A stretch of DNA of 64,000 nt, taken from Balanoglossus misakiensis (lineage: Eukaryota > Animalia > Hemichordata). Position 1 is the first letter of the stretch; each line of letters begins with the position of its first letter. The notes below the pieces were generated by a model that saw only the letters and a list, made by a program, of their open reading frames with translations, was not told the origin of the DNA and did no database searches. Of this stretch, positions 21,551 through 51,270 are shown piece by piece. The translations under genes were made by a program, and so were the position numbers. The stretch covers positions 6,558,509 to 6,622,508 of the forward strand of contig CM082586.2 in assembly GCA_040954595.2 (NCBI GenBank). Reading direction: 5' to 3'.

Positions 21551-22329
21551 CATTAAAGCTTTGCAGAGAGTAAATAGTAGTGTATATGTTAAATCATTTT
21601 CGGTGTTCCCATCGGCTGAAGGGTACATTTTGCAGCAGAAGCTCAGTCCTGTGTGTGCTGTTGACTCATGCTATTTTGTACGATTTAAAATAATGTCATT
21701 CAAGAAAACAGACACAATGTAACTCTTAAATGTAGTTCACAGCTTGATTGTGAAGTATGCTATTCTTCAATAGCAGTATTTGCTTGTGTGCTTGATATCA
21801 TTTATATAATTCACGCCACCAGAATTACGCACACTTAATATTGACACGAGTTGATCATCTGATAAGCAAGTGGGGAAACGGAAAAAGATATTTACATGAA
21901 AATATTTACTTCACATTTATATTTTATGCAAGAAGAAAGCAGTTGACTTGTTGAAAATTTGACAAAATTTTATTATCGCATACTTATATTTTCCATTTGG
22001 CTCTGCTTTATGCCAAGTGTGTATATGTTACTCAAAGAGAAATGGGTTTATTTTAAAAATTAGACACAATATGTTATATTACTGATTGTTAGTACTAACA
22101 TTGAATTGTCAGGATTTTTAATTTTATTACTTCAAGACAAATTTGTTTACCTTTGACATCGAACAGGACTTGTAGTCCAGGGGAGAATCAAGACTGTGAC
22201 TGATTCCGAACACGCACAATCTATCAGGAATGTTTTGCTTCTTTTTACCATGACGTGCAATAAACTTGTGAATAAAAAATTGTTTGTTGATTTGCATGAA
22301 ACTCTGTGTGTGTGTATGTATGTATGTAT

Positions 22330-23127
22330 TGTTACGACCCGCAGGCCGTTCGAGCCAAAAATATGCGGAGAATAGAGAGGCCAATTTACCTGACCGAGTG
22401 GCTTGTTTTACACCCAAACAGGCCAACAGGCCGCAGCAAAAGAAATGGTCAAAGACAGCACACGTACAACAAACCAGTCTATTTACAGTGTTAATTAAAT
22501 TACCGATACGAGTAATATTCACAATAAGTTAACTAATATTTACAATAAACTACAAACTAAACTCGAGCGTGACCAGGTGACCAAACGAAAAATCCCTACC
22601 AAGTTCAAAGTCTCACCAACAGTTCGGCGTCTCGACGCACGACGATACTGGCGTTTCACTCGACGCACAGCAATTCTGGCCTTCTGTCCGTTTTACGCCG
22701 GGGTACAAAAGAGACAGCCACGTATTACCTCAAACTGCATATCCACCGTGTAGTCCACAGACAGCCACGTATTACCTCAAATGCAGTTCCACAGTGACAC
22801 GGAGACGCGCTCCCTCAGGACGGCTCCCAAATTCCACGCGGCGTCCTCGAAAACATCCACCACGACTTCACAAGTCCCTTCGGCAGTGTCAATCCTCAGC
22901 TACCACTGTACAGTAGACAGGCACTCCGTACGGTGGGCGCCAAAAACTCCTCGACAATGCGACGGCACAGCTACCAGACCAGAATCAAAATGAGCCACAC
23001 AACAACGTGGCACTGGGTGGCTTTCATACGACTAAAACTAACACCTGGTCACTCTAATATGTTAAATAAAGAAATCAACATAGGTGCACCTGGCCACGAA
23101 ACAAAACAAATAAGAAACTTCATCACA
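22330..23127. mobile_element. Solo LTR (probably Gypsy/Ty3) inserted in a (TATG)n tract
   Basis: 798 bp with termini TGTTACGA...TCATCACA (TG..CA, imperfect terminal inverted repeat), GTAT on both flanks (22326-29 and 23128-31), an internal 23-bp direct repeat (22712 and 22759), and no recognisable coding sequence. Confidence 0.7.
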
Positions 23128-23330
23128 GTATGTATGTATGTATGTATGTATGTATGTATGTATGTATGTATGTATGTATGTATGTATGTATGCATGTATG
23201 TATGTATGTATGTATGTATGTATGTATGTATGTATGTATGTATGTATGTATGTATGTATGTATGTATGTATGTATGTATGTATGTATGTATTGTATGTAT
23301 GTATGTATGTTCATACATGTTTGTATGCAT
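23128..23330. repeat. (TATG)n microsatellite
   Basis: Visible run, continuing the short tract at 22311-22329 across the LTR. Confidence 0.95.
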
Positions 23331-25051
23331 GCATTTATGTATATAGTACAGTTGAGCTATTATGTTGACATAACTATTACGAGACACAGTCTCCTGCTTG
23401 GTTTTCATTTCCCAAATCACTTCTTGCATACCGAAACCAGACAGAAAATCGGAGCTTTAAATTATTTAACTTTATTTAACTTATATCTATTCAAACAACG
23501 GTCACAATAGATTGTAGAAAAAAATCAAGAAAAGTCAAGTATCAACTCCTTTTTAAGTCATGAAAAAATAATTTTAACAATTTACCACAGTTTCTAAAGG
23601 TGTTACTTTAAAACACTTTGAGAGTTCAGTGCTTTTGTGGCAGTTTTCCGTTATACATACAAATTTTCATTTAATGATAAGAATTTTCTTTGGTTTTTGG
23701 TTTGCATTGCATTCATTGCGACCACAGTCACAGTCAGCTAGTCCAAATGCATTGTTCTTTGAGAGAGAGAGGAAAAAAATTGCATGTCCCAGAAAGCGCA
23801 CAGAACACCGGAAGAATACGTACAACAGAGAAGTTTGACTCCCGAAGAAGAAAAGTTCTAATTATTCCTGAATTTCTGAGTAGAATTTGAGTTGGTTATT
23901 CATCAAATGCGGAAAATTCTGGCACTCTCTGTGTGAGGGCGCTCTGGGGGCCCCTGAATTTCTTTAACATCTACTCTCTACCGAACCTGGTGCAAAGACC
24001 TGCGCTAAATTCCAGTGGTATAGTCGAAGTCGAACTCCGCATTACAAGCATCATTACACTTGCACGCATGCATTGCTAAGGCGTGTCACAGACATAAAGA
24101 TACAAAAACTAAAAATTTCTACAAACACACATGATCGGTTAAACGTCAAACACTGCACACATAGAAAATATCGCCTGGTTTGAGACTGGGAATTGAGATG
24201 TCAGCGGTCGTCCGTCAAAGAAAACAAACTCAAGCAGATTAGCTCCAGCGACAAAAACACATCAAGTATACAGTCGGACTGGTATACAACGAACAAGGTT
24301 TTTATAGTCGACAAAAATACGTTCTAAGAACCTATCCTCTCCACCCAGAGACACTCCCTTTAATATAAAACAACATTATTTTTGTGAGGTCACGTACATG
24401 TATTAAGCACACATAAAGCGGTGAATAAATGCTAATATTGCGAGCACATTCTTTTGGGCGAAAAAATACCGGAAAAAAAACGCGCAGACGCGTTTGAAAT
24501 AAACAGTTTTGTAAATACTTATCATTAAAGCGAATCACAAATATTCTTTGGTCATTATCTGCACTTTGCAAGTTTCTTATGTCCGAGGTACCTGCACGTG
24601 CTCTGACGTTTTACCCTCGGGTAATGGTTTAGCGCCCTCAGTTTAACTTTGAGCATTTGGGCATACTCTTTCGTTTACAAGTCATTGAGGCTATATACAG
24701 CTTCTTTTCCATCTGGCAAGTCACGTGTTTTTTTAAAAGCTTTGATCAGACAGGAAATACTTTTATCTGTAAACTTGGCCATTAACTTTGAAACTGTTTA
24801 AGTATTTACTTTGAGTCAACATTGCTAATCTGATTATGGAAAGCTATGGAATGCCTCATTATTTAGTATAGGCCCACATTCACTGGAGCGACTGTGTATG
24901 GGCCCATAGACAGTACTGTCTATGATTGGCCTATATCTTCTCTTAAGTGTATTGAGGTATGTGTGCTTCATTGCTTCGAGTTTATCTTGATAAATAACTT
25001 TGAAATCGTGTTTCTTTCTTACTAACTGCCAAAGTGCAGAGTACGAAAAAC

Positions 25052-40032
<14,981 letters not shown>

Positions 40033-43000
40033 GGCGACGGTCAACAGGTGGTTGTTGCAACACAGTCTCTCTGTACACAAACGACGACCGGTTCTGCGGC
40101 GCGGAGGCAATGACTATATGTGCGATGACAGGCCCCCGTAAAGACTACAGCTTGTAACGACAGGCTCGGAGCTCCGTCCCCACGGGCAGGTACTAAAGCC
40201 TGTAGAGAAGAAAGCGATAGAACACACAACTATTAACAACACATGATGTAACACGCGTGAAGATTTTTTTATGATCTTGACAGGAGCACTAAGCAGCCCT
40301 AATTTACTCACATCGGTCGTGTGACTCGAAGCATATCCGGAATAAAAAAAAATGAAACATCGAATGCATGTACACTTCCCCGTACTTCCCTCTACTATTA
40401 CACTCTCCTCGGTCTGTCTCTCTCGCGCATAAAATTACCATACGTCTTATTGTAGGTAAAACTAACGACCGAAAACCTGCTAAGGAATGCGCGTTAGTTA
40501 TGCAGAGCGGGTACACAACGTAACAAGGGGGAACGGCCGGCTGCTCGGGCTGGGTGCATCTCCCGCCGTGGTTTCAAAGACCCGAAGAATCACCCCCAAA
40601 TTTCCCCCGCTCACACTCTCTAAGAAGATCTCGCCCCTACCTAAATCTTGTCAGTCGACACGAAGGTACAACCAAGTCAGTCGCTCGGTCACTGAAACGT
40701 CCTACTACGTGATCGAGCTAACCGAACCGATGACGACAAAGTCTACTGCCTTTACTTTCTTTTTTGGTTTCTTCTCTCATTCAGACGAGCACGCATGTTA
40801 CGTATCCCTGTAATTATACTTCTTTTTCATTGCTTCCAAAATACCGATCGAATTAGCCAAATGTTTGACAAAGGCGATTCCATTTGACCCAGGGAGCGGC
40901 AACACTGTCTCCGGAGGGACGCGGTTTTACATAGGCGTTGCTCAGAGAGCGTCCTCTTCGAAAGGAAAACCCTTTTAGTTTCCTGTGTCTGAATGGAATA
41001 AACTCAAAAATGTTCAGTTGACACGGCTGTATCCAAAATTAAAACTACCGCGATGGGACGAATTTTCTCAGCCTTTTTCTCACCCCTACATCAAAGATGA
41101 AACAAATTTCATCAATCGACTTAAAAGATATACCACAGTATGTTTTAGGACGAATGAAACTTCTGCTTCGAGACATTGAGCTTCAACTTGATCAATAAAC
41201 AAACGCCTGAAATGAAGAACGAAACTTTACCGTCCCTAACAAAAGCTATATGGTTTGCGTACTCCTTTCGATTTTTCAGGGATTAGTGATTTTACCCAGT
41301 CGAATCGATTATAGTTGGGTTTGTCTTCAAAAATATATGAAACAAGGGCGTTGGGCGGTCACAGAAATAATGCATGTGTCATCCTGGCATAAGAAAGACA
41401 CGATCCCCGCCCATAACAGGGAAAGGGGGATTTTGGCGTTATGTCCAAACTCGAATGCTTGACATCCCTTCATTGAGTGAATAGATGCAATAATTAGCGT
41501 TGCTTCTATCACCTATGCATTGAATTACATATGGATGTGCTATGCACATTCCGTCAACTGGCTGCATCGACAAGTTTCCAAGAAAACAATGCATAATGTC
41601 GTAATAGGATTGAAGGGTGTGAATCGGGGGGAATGGATTCTGTTCTATTGTTGGCCTGCCTTCGTATCGAACTTTCTTTTCACTTATCCTTCGCTATTAA
41701 AGACTCGCGGGGTTTAATCCTCGTCGGGGTTTTTTATCCGGATGAGACAGGAGAGGAGGCCCGGCTACACCGGTAATTGTTCGCACAGAATGTGAGACAG
41801 CGATGTGTCCCGGTGATCCGGGCCCCGAAAACGAACGACCGGGGCTAATGAGACAAGCGACCGCTATCTTCCAACGGATTACCCGCAGTGTCCGCCGGTC
41901 GTTTCATTTTAACCTTCGAGTCGTTTGTTATTTTCGCTCAGTCATTCGCGCTCACTGGATTGATTCGTTGCCCGTGGACACGTTCTGAAAAGCCTATATT
42001 ATATTAGACCTAAAGACTGACAAAACCTGTCCACCCATATTGTGTCGGAGTTGTACGTCCGTTTCACGTGCCTCCGCTTCTCGATTCTTTGAACCATGTT
42101 CCATATTGTCAATCAAATTATGAAACGTTTGTCGCCGTGGGACAAGATTAGCCACCCAACTGTGCCCTATTTACAAAGTTTGTTTTTGTGTGTGTGTAGC
42201 TTTCTTTCGCTCTCACTTTCAGCTCAAGTAGGGCTCTCCCAAATTGTTTCATTTTCTTACAGATTCGGACACGTTTTTACAGCGCGACCGATTGATGTAT
42301 ATACGTTATGGAACGGTTCAAGTTGATTTAATTATACGAGGGCGTTAATTTGATTTCAGGTATGTGGTGACACAATCAATCGTGATACGCCTTCGGTTGG
42401 ATGCAGTGAGTGGAATTAAAACCACTGAGACGACAACGTAATAGGGTATTTGATCCCTATTATCTGACGGGAGAAAAAAAACGGAGACCCTCTTCACTTG
42501 GTACGTATACTTCGTCCGGATCCCCTTGCCAACATCGCCCATTGTATCGCGGCCCCGCCGCTATAGCGATGGGCAGTGGGCCAAAATCAATAAAACAAAA
42601 AACACTGCATCTCGCTTTCATCACGTGTACAATACAGAATTTGAGTCCACCCTGCCAATGTGTTTCTCCTCTCGTGTGAATTGCCTCGGCCATAGATATG
42701 CAAACGAGAATCGATCGGTTCCAGCAGAAGAAACAAGGCATCTCATTAAGTGGCGCAGCCTATGAAAGCACACGAAACTCAGTTGTGTAATAATCCTACA
42801 ACATGCTCTATTATGGCCAAACTCAATGCCATGTATTGCACCATCCGAAAAAAAATCGATGAAAATTACCCGCTGACACTTTTATTTTCCCTTTATATAT
42901 TTTATCACGTCCACCTCAAAATGCCAACTTTCCTTCCGTGTCTAAGTATTTCTCGAAACAAACAAGCGACTTGAAATCAAACGGCAGATGCTTAGAAATT

Positions 43001-45281
43001 CCACAGCGCTTACTCAGAGACGAGACTTCGCTTCCACCTGCGCTCTTGCGGTTAAGATCTCTTAAGTGAGAATTTTTGACGAGCTGACGTTGACACTGAC
43101 GGATCGAAATGTTATTGTCCTCCCCGGATACACTTGCCCGCAACCCTCGGTCAATAAACTTGAACAACAATTACCAGTTGTACGCCTCGCTACCGCGATT
43201 GAGAACGTCATTTTTTTCTGGAGTTTCGGTTTGGCGCCAATTACCTTATATGGCGGCAACAAAGAGAAACAAAACGAAACATATGAAATGTAAAAGATTC
43301 TTTGAAGCTTTGCCGGAGCGCTGTCTTTTTTCTCTCTTTAAGTTGCGGTCCGGCGAGAATAGAGAGGTATGCCGTCTTTAAGAGGGCAGTTAAGCGCCGG
43401 TGGTTCGGCTCGCCGGAACATTTAGGCACATTCCGGCGAACAATGTGCATTGTGCCGGCACCTCTCTCAAGATGATACGCCGAAAGGTAAAATTTATGTT
43501 CAGTTACAAGGCCAGCAATGCCTGAATCATCGGACGAGTTGCATTGGATCCCGACTGACAATATGGACGCCGTAAAAGTCGGTCCGTAAAGCGGTTCTTT
43601 ATAGCTCCCACGGCCCCCATTTCCAACGTCCGTCGTAAAATATGAAATTAAAGATTGGGGATCGAAATTGGCCGGATTATCGATTGGTGTCCGAAATTCT
43701 GGCACGGTTCGCCAAATCGATAATCGCATTATCTTGCCTTTATATTATCGTGCTTTTATATCCCAATGCGTTTCTGCATGTACAGACATAAAACCACTCT
43801 TATACAGGTCGCTGTTTGCGACACTCGGACCTCGAGAAGTGATGAAACGGCGATGCGTGGCCGTTCTCACTGGGCAAAATTCACTGTTCGAGCATTTCTC
43901 AAACGAATAACAGAAAACATCGGCGTCAGAATTATCACCGTGTCTCGCGGCGCGACCACTTATACTGAAATTCTCGTTCGATAGTGCAGTGTTCAAAAAG
44001 TACCAAACAGTGCTCCATTTGTAGAAGGACACATTCAGACATTTGCCAAAAAAATATTTCCACTCTATTAAGTGATTGTCACTGTGAACCATCTTCATCT
44101 ACAACACAACTGGCCATCGTAGTGGCGGGAACGCTTCACACGTAATATTAAACGGTTCCTAGAGAATGGACAATTTAATGGGGGTGGCAGAGAAGCGTTT
44201 GCTCCTCGTTGTGAAAATTAACTTAATTGTCGGTGAGAGGGAGGGCCCGGGGAGAGAGACAGGACACTCATGATGACCATTTGGACCATTTCTCATCAAC
44301 TTAAATACCACAAACGTCACAAATAAGACTCGTTTAGCAGAAAATATCAGACGCGACGACGAACAGTTTACAAACAAAGGCAGAAGGAGAATCTTATATG
44401 TTGCAAATACCACTCATGGATAACTGGTGTGAACCTGAGACGCGTTTTCTCTGATTTTAACTTCACGGGATTTAAAACTTACAACTGTTGACATTTTCAC
44501 GTTATCCTTCCATTGTCTTTACAAAAGAAATAAATTGAAACGATCTTCCCTGTGAATTTAGCCGGGTGTGACGATATTTTCCCGCTTATCCCAATGATCT
44601 CGAACGTTTATTCACGGCGAGCGGATGGTCACTTAAAATGCATATTGGACACTATTTGCCGTTTGAAATTATCACTTTCGCTGCTACGTGCCAAAACATA
44701 CTAAAATTATCCCAACTCATATCTGCCTGGTTACGTCATTATCGCTTCCAAAGAAATTTGGCAGTAATTATCGCAGCAGCGGGTCTTAACCGACTGCTTA
44801 CAAGGGAGGGTCGAAAATCTGACGCGAGAAGATGCGATCGTTCGGTACGGTCTTGGTATAGTGTCATCGCGCGGACTTCCCATGTTATTTTTACGCGTGA
44901 TTTATTTTATTGTGAGTTAAGTTCAAAAATTGCAACCGGGGCAAACAGCCTACAGGGAGACACGGAGACACACACACAATCATTACATACATTGTCCAAC
45001 ACGAGTTAACGTAAATTCTAATTCCAACTGTAAGAACATGGATTCCCGCTCAACGCCCGGGAATACACGTATATGGTTCAAAAATCATATACTTGGTCGC
45101 CAATTGGCCGGTGTATGGTCGTTTTACGAATTATAGACGGAAATGGCAAAATAACTGAAGAGATTAGGCCAACTCTGGTGATCAAAACTGTCTGGTGTAA
45201 TATCTGAGAACAGCTCTTAAGTCTCGTGCCGAAGACAGACTGAGCTGCGGGAAACAAACAAATTAATATACGGTCACCTAC

Positions 45282-45640
45282 TTGAGGAACCACTCTCACT
45301 CTCAGTGTACGAACGGTCAGTCAGTCAGGCTCGTGTATCGGTCGGTCCCGGCGGCCACGCTGTGTTCTCGCCCCGGTCTCTGTGTCTCGGTCACTTCGCT
45401 GGAGTAGTACTCGCTTGTCAGAACTGGAAACCCCCGCAGACAGAGTGAGATGTGTAATACGCGTCTATATGTGCCGCGAATTGGGGAAGGGTGTGAATGA
45501 ACTGGCTGGGGTGGCCTGGCCCGTGTTTAGCGCCGCATCAATAAGAAGCCGGGGCGAATTACGTGTATGAGTCAAACCACCTTTCGACCAATGGCCGGCC
45601 TCCGATGTGAAAGTCCAGCTGTTCGCACAGCCATTGGGAC
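45282..45640 (-). promoter_or_regulatory. Candidate core promoter and non-coding first exon of the zinc-finger gene
   Basis: CpG-rich; minus-strand TATA-like CATATAGA (~45470), Inr-like TCACT (~45447), CCAAT boxes (~45589, ~45634) and a CAA|gtaggt donor at 45282. Motif evidence only. Confidence 0.35.
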
Positions 45641-46933
45641 AGGCTGTAACTTTTGTCGTCCTGCATTCGTAATTAAGCCTTACATTTTATTGTGCGCTCC
45701 TTTGTTTTCAGGATAGGCCCATTTCAATGGGCTAAAATAAACGCTGCCGTGTAATAATTAGCGAGTCGAGAAAAACAGGCAGCCGAGACTGCCTTGCCCT
45801 GCCTGTTGGCGCGCGAACGATAATACCAAAAAGGGAGAAAAGTAAACAGTATAAATCGTTGTAAGAGAAACAGTACGGGTTATTATTTGGTTTCATGTAC
45901 CACTTTGCACTCTTACATTTCAGTTTCACCAAATGTCGATTTGATTATACAAAATTCGGTTTTTATTTGACGTCTTTTCTTCAGTGCGTCTCCACTGTGT
46001 ACATATGGGTTTTGGCCGTTAATGGTGTGACAATGTACCACTCCGGGAGCGACGGGCGTTCCTCATCACGATCGGATTTGAAGTATAGCGGTTTTATCCG
46101 CGATCGAAACATCACATACAAGCGAAGATTTAGCATGATCATGGGGCGTATGGCGATTTATTTGTACGTCCATGGGACGATCACAAACAAACGATGATTG
46201 GGGGGGAAACGATCAACTAATTCCATCAACGCGTTTCTTTGGAGAATCAATTTCTGCCCGGCTACTGCCGTCGCGGCTTTTATTGAAGAAATTCAGAAGT
46301 TACTCAAAATGGAAGTGGGGAAACCAGCAAGCCAGTTGGGGCGGATAAAGGGTCTTGGGGTGTTACGTAACGACACACGAGAAATGGCTTCTTCGCAGGT
46401 GTGAACGTGAAAGAGCTTCTTTGTTGCATACGAGTCGAGCATTATCAGATCAGTTTTTGCTCAAGTGAAGTACAGCAACGAGTGGGCGCGCAGTCTACAG
46501 CAGACTGTAACTGACAATATGTCCACTGGGCGAGTGGACGAGACAAAGGCGCAAGACAATTCCCGCCGCGGAAGTGTTATTTCGGTTGGGGAACCAGTAC
46601 AGTTATTTTTCCGCCAATTGATCAGCGTGTAACGACAGTGTCTGGAACAGTCTGCCGGCGAACCAAAAAGATAGAAGACTGCACGTTAAATCTACATGTA
46701 TACGTCAGGTCTGTAGAGTGCCCCACAGACTTGTGTCACGCAGACGGACTGTGGTCACGCGTCAGCGTTTACTGGAAGCAACTGTCCACGTGATCTTTAC
46801 AAGAAAAGAAGGGCTGTGTTAAATGAATAGACGAGTGACACATACACGAATGTTTCTCTTCCCAAAACTAACAATATCTCGCACTGAAATTATCGAATGG
46901 TCGCACATAAAATGGATTGTGAATAAATCTTTC

Positions 46934-46934
<1 letters not shown>

Positions 46935-46970
<36 letters not shown>

Positions 46971-47043
46971 GTATGTATGTATGTATGTATGTATGTATGT
47001 ATGTATGTATGTATGTATGTATGTATGTATGTATGTATGTATA

Positions 47044-47082
<39 letters not shown>

Positions 47083-47240
47083 ATGTATGTATGTATGTAT
47101 GTATGTATGTATGTATGTATGTATGTATGTATGTATGTATGTATGTATGTATGTATGTATGTATGTATGTATGTATCTATGTATGTATCTATATATGTAT
47201 GTATGTATGTATGTATCTATGTATGTATCTATGTATCTAT
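46935..47240. repeat. Compound (TCTG)n/(TATG)n microsatellite
   Basis: Visible runs. Confidence 0.95.
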
Positions 47241-49986
47241 ATGTTATGTTCAAAGTACTTAGAATGTAGATGCAACCGGAAACTCCTCCATGTGTGATTC
47301 AAGCGAGGGTGTCTTTGCCCTGATGTAACTATGGTGGCGGACATCCTGACGAGCGGCCTTCGACGCGGAGTGAAATATTTCGACGTGTTCGTCCCGTTGC
47401 GTGGACGGAAATTAACAAACAACGTTCACGTCACCTTCCCTTTGAAAACGACGAGACGAGGCCAGGTGCTCCGTGAAAGAAACCGTGGAATGCATCGTTA
47501 ACCATGGCTGAAGAAAGGAAATACCCCACATACGCGCGAGTAACACTTCGCCGGCAAAACAGGGGACGGAATCTCGCTCTTTTACTTATTTATATTTTTA
47601 AAAAAGATGGACATAATAATAAAATAATTTCCGGTAACTTTTGTCTGCTATACTGGCAAATTATGTTCGGATGTTCGTATCATTTGTAACAATTGAAAAT
47701 AGCAAGCTTGACCACTGATCGTTTTCTCCACTCTATGATATAAGCATGCATGCTCGGTATTTTATTTCTACCAAGTGCGTTTCCAGACGCAAAGTGGTGT
47801 TATCCGATGAATTACTTTGGATCAGATAACTAAAGGTCTTTAATTAACATCTGAATGCACAGCGGTGTTTCGGAGAATAAATAAAACATTAAATTCAACG
47901 GGAAATGCTATTGTGGCTTTCCTAATGAAACGACAGAATGACAATTATAAACTGTAAAACACGAGACCGACAAAAATGGATATGCATACGATGAAATAAG
48001 CTCTTCGCCCTGTGATTATCATTTTAATTGGCGCTAAAATTTAGCATGTGGAAGCAGGAACAGAATCAGAAATCCGTTTCTAATAGGAATTTTCGGTTTT
48101 GTGAGAAATTTGCGTATCAAGTTCGCAGGAAAAGCGTGTTCAGTAAAAAACTAAAAATCGGTGTATCGCAGGTGCTTCGTTGCATTGTTTGCAGATTGGT
48201 CAGTTCTGGTCTTTGGACAAACCTCCGCCGGCGAAGATGTCAACACGCCACTTTCACCCCATTGTCCGTCGGCAAACACTTCTCGTATATTCGCATATAC
48301 TGGTACGGTTAAGAAGTATCGCGGCGCACAACTACATGCACGGGTGTGGCCAGTCAGTGCACGAATGGCGAGAAGACACGATAGAAGATGGTCGGTGGTG
48401 GGTGGAGGGGGATCTCCTGCAGCAAAATTCGCCAAAGGCAAATTTCGTAACGCTATTAATTTGATATTATTCTTCAAATTGGCAGGGATGTACTTAAAAT
48501 TACCTCAGTGCTGACCTGGCTCATTACTCCATTGATAGCTTCTGCCTTGGGGCAGCCCGCCAATTAATGGACAGTTGTCATATTACCATAACCGACCCTG
48601 TGTACATTTCGCCATTAAAAATAAAAGGATTGAATTCGCCATACAAAATATATAACTGTACAAACAACATCCATGAATAGAAAAAACACTGGAGATAAAG
48701 AGTCCTTTCGATTCGAAATAAAAGTAGACATTTGTAAGATTTTTTTCCTGTCGGTGAATTATATATCGCTTTCTTATGGTAATTATAAATTAAGATTTTT
48801 TTCAGTCGGTGTACTTCATAAGACATCGAAAGGAAAAGGCGAGTGTGTGTGTACATCTTTGTCTAATTAACTGTCGTGCAGTCAGCGGCCAGTTCACAAT
48901 TTAGCCACGTATATTAAGAACTGCGCTGTGTACATAATGACCATCGATCGGCGTATGTCTACATGGAGTGGTCAATTTCGCGTTACGTAACGGTTTGTCG
49001 AGAAACAACTGAAATATACAATTTTCATTACATCTGAAGGTCCCACCTATAGCTCGTACATATGCAGTATGGTGTATACAACATCTGCTATCCGACAATA
49101 AAAAAAAATATTGCGCTGCTTTTACATCACAAAGAAATTGTCATTTTTCAATGAATTGACGTTATAAGCACTTAAATTACTCTGGCCGTAAGGGGTACGG
49201 CGGTCAGTGTATTCTATTCTGTTTTTTTCTCGCCTTTCGCCGAAATAATAGACGTGTCTTGTTTGAGATTGCCCCGTGTGTTTGATTTCAACTGGACTGT
49301 TTGTATTGCACGATATAAAGATCAAATAGCGGGCGGAATTCGCCAAACAAACTGTGCGAGCGGTGTTTTGTTGATAAAATTAGTGAGGTTGCCACCGCCG
49401 GGAGGACCACTTGCCTGCCTATGTATTAAACGTTATAGAAAACGCCGTGGTAACCTCACGACTCACGAACCCATAACTAAGTTTAAACTAACTACAACGC
49501 TTTTGTTCACACTAAGGAAAACATAACCAGATAATATGAAAGATCTGAGACTGCAGAACCTCAAAATTGTCCGTTGTGACGTCACTTTCCAAGTGCTCAC
49601 TGACAAGACCCGATCGGACTGTAGAGAATTTGACTGGTTGGGGTTCACTGACCCCCTTTGCAAAAAGGTGGGGGTATGTAGACCTTGAACGTAAATCAAA
49701 TCTTCCTTTGAACTTGACAGAAAGTCAAAGGCAACAGCGACAAGTGGGCAGTGGTTTCTATTGATGCATATTCCGAGAAAGACCCATTTATCTTCAAAAT
49801 GGGGCCCGACGGTCGCAACAACTGCGGCGGATGATTAATCACAACATGGCCTGTGAATCATTCAAAATTGTTTGGTTGTAATTTAAAATAAACTGTATGT
49901 AATGTTTTGAAAATTCTTTTCTGTATTTAAGCAATCAAAACACATGTTAATTCACATGGAGTAAATTTGATATGTTCTAATACTGA

Positions 49987-50060
49987 GATGATGATGATGG
50001 TGGTGATGATGATGATGATGACGACGACGACGACGACGACGATGATGATGATGATGATGA
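49987..50060. repeat. (GAT)/(GAC) microsatellite
   Basis: Visible run. Confidence 0.9.
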
Positions 50061-51270
50061 CTGTTTGGCGGGGAATCCTTGGAAAGTTAGACCATCCGGT
50101 AAAAAAGTGACAAACAGAAAGGAAGCGGTCTCCCGGGGAAAGGGCGTGGGGCGCGGTCCCCTGTTGTCATTGGTTACCGAAAGCACAATTCAACTGATAA
50201 CATAACTGTTGCATGAGATTGCGATGTGATCAGATGACACTCAATACAAACAGTCAATTAATGTTGCGTCGATCAAGTTGATCAACGCGTCCCAGCTGAT
50301 TCGGTGTCACTCATGGGACATGTTATGTACATCACTTACATCCATCAAATGCAATCACAAGACACATAGCCTCGAATATGAAATTAAACAATCATTTTAA
50401 TGGAATGAGCACCATCTCCCTTTGTCGGTGCGTTCTCACGTGTGTCGATCCCTTCATTGATTGCTCCGTTTGATTGCGTACTTTCTTTGTTTTTAAACTA
50501 ATTTAGTTGATGGTTCGTTGGCAAGGACGGTAGGACATGATCAGACGAGATAATTAAAATACGATATTGTTGTGAAGTTCAAAGTTTGTAGTTGTTACAC
50601 TTTTAATTGTTCGCAATAGATGCAAATTCTTCATTAACGCCACGCGTTTGCGCATTCAAAAGACCAGATAACTTTTCCCACCTACACATGCGCATATAAA
50701 AAAGTCCATACGTCGCTGACCACATTGTCTATTCTCACCGGAGAACCTATGTTAAAGGCCCATATTTCTAAAATGGACAATAGAAGTTTTGTCTGTCACG
50801 GAATTGTTTTTTTTTTGGGGGGGGGGACAAAGGGTCGGCTGGGAATAACATGAACAATACGCAGTTGGCTTATAAGTTATCAGAAGAAACTAAACGGATC
50901 AAAATAATGTCAGAAGTGAAATACGTTGTCTCTGTTTTGTTTTGTTTGGGGAAATAGACCGTTACTTATTGGTGTCCGTGTAGCTGCGACTGACAAATTG
51001 TCATTGTCAACGTAGACAGGCCGCACATCAATCGAAACCCGTTCACCGATTCTTAGAATACAAACCAGCTAGTTTGGCCATGGCCCGGGGCTGTTGGGTT
51101 TTTGTGACTGTCTGCGAGCACGTTCACAATGCCCTCCGTTTTCTCGGGGCCCGCCTACAACATGGTCTTGATAATGGCAAAAACGTCACATAAATGGATG
51201 CAAATGGAGGTCTTCTGTGCATGTGCCTCTGAGTAAGACATGGACGGGTTTAGACAGATGGTTATTCCAA

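Noticed and set aside
43241-43729. 162-aa minus-strand ORF
   Set aside because: No recognisable domain or supporting exon structure.
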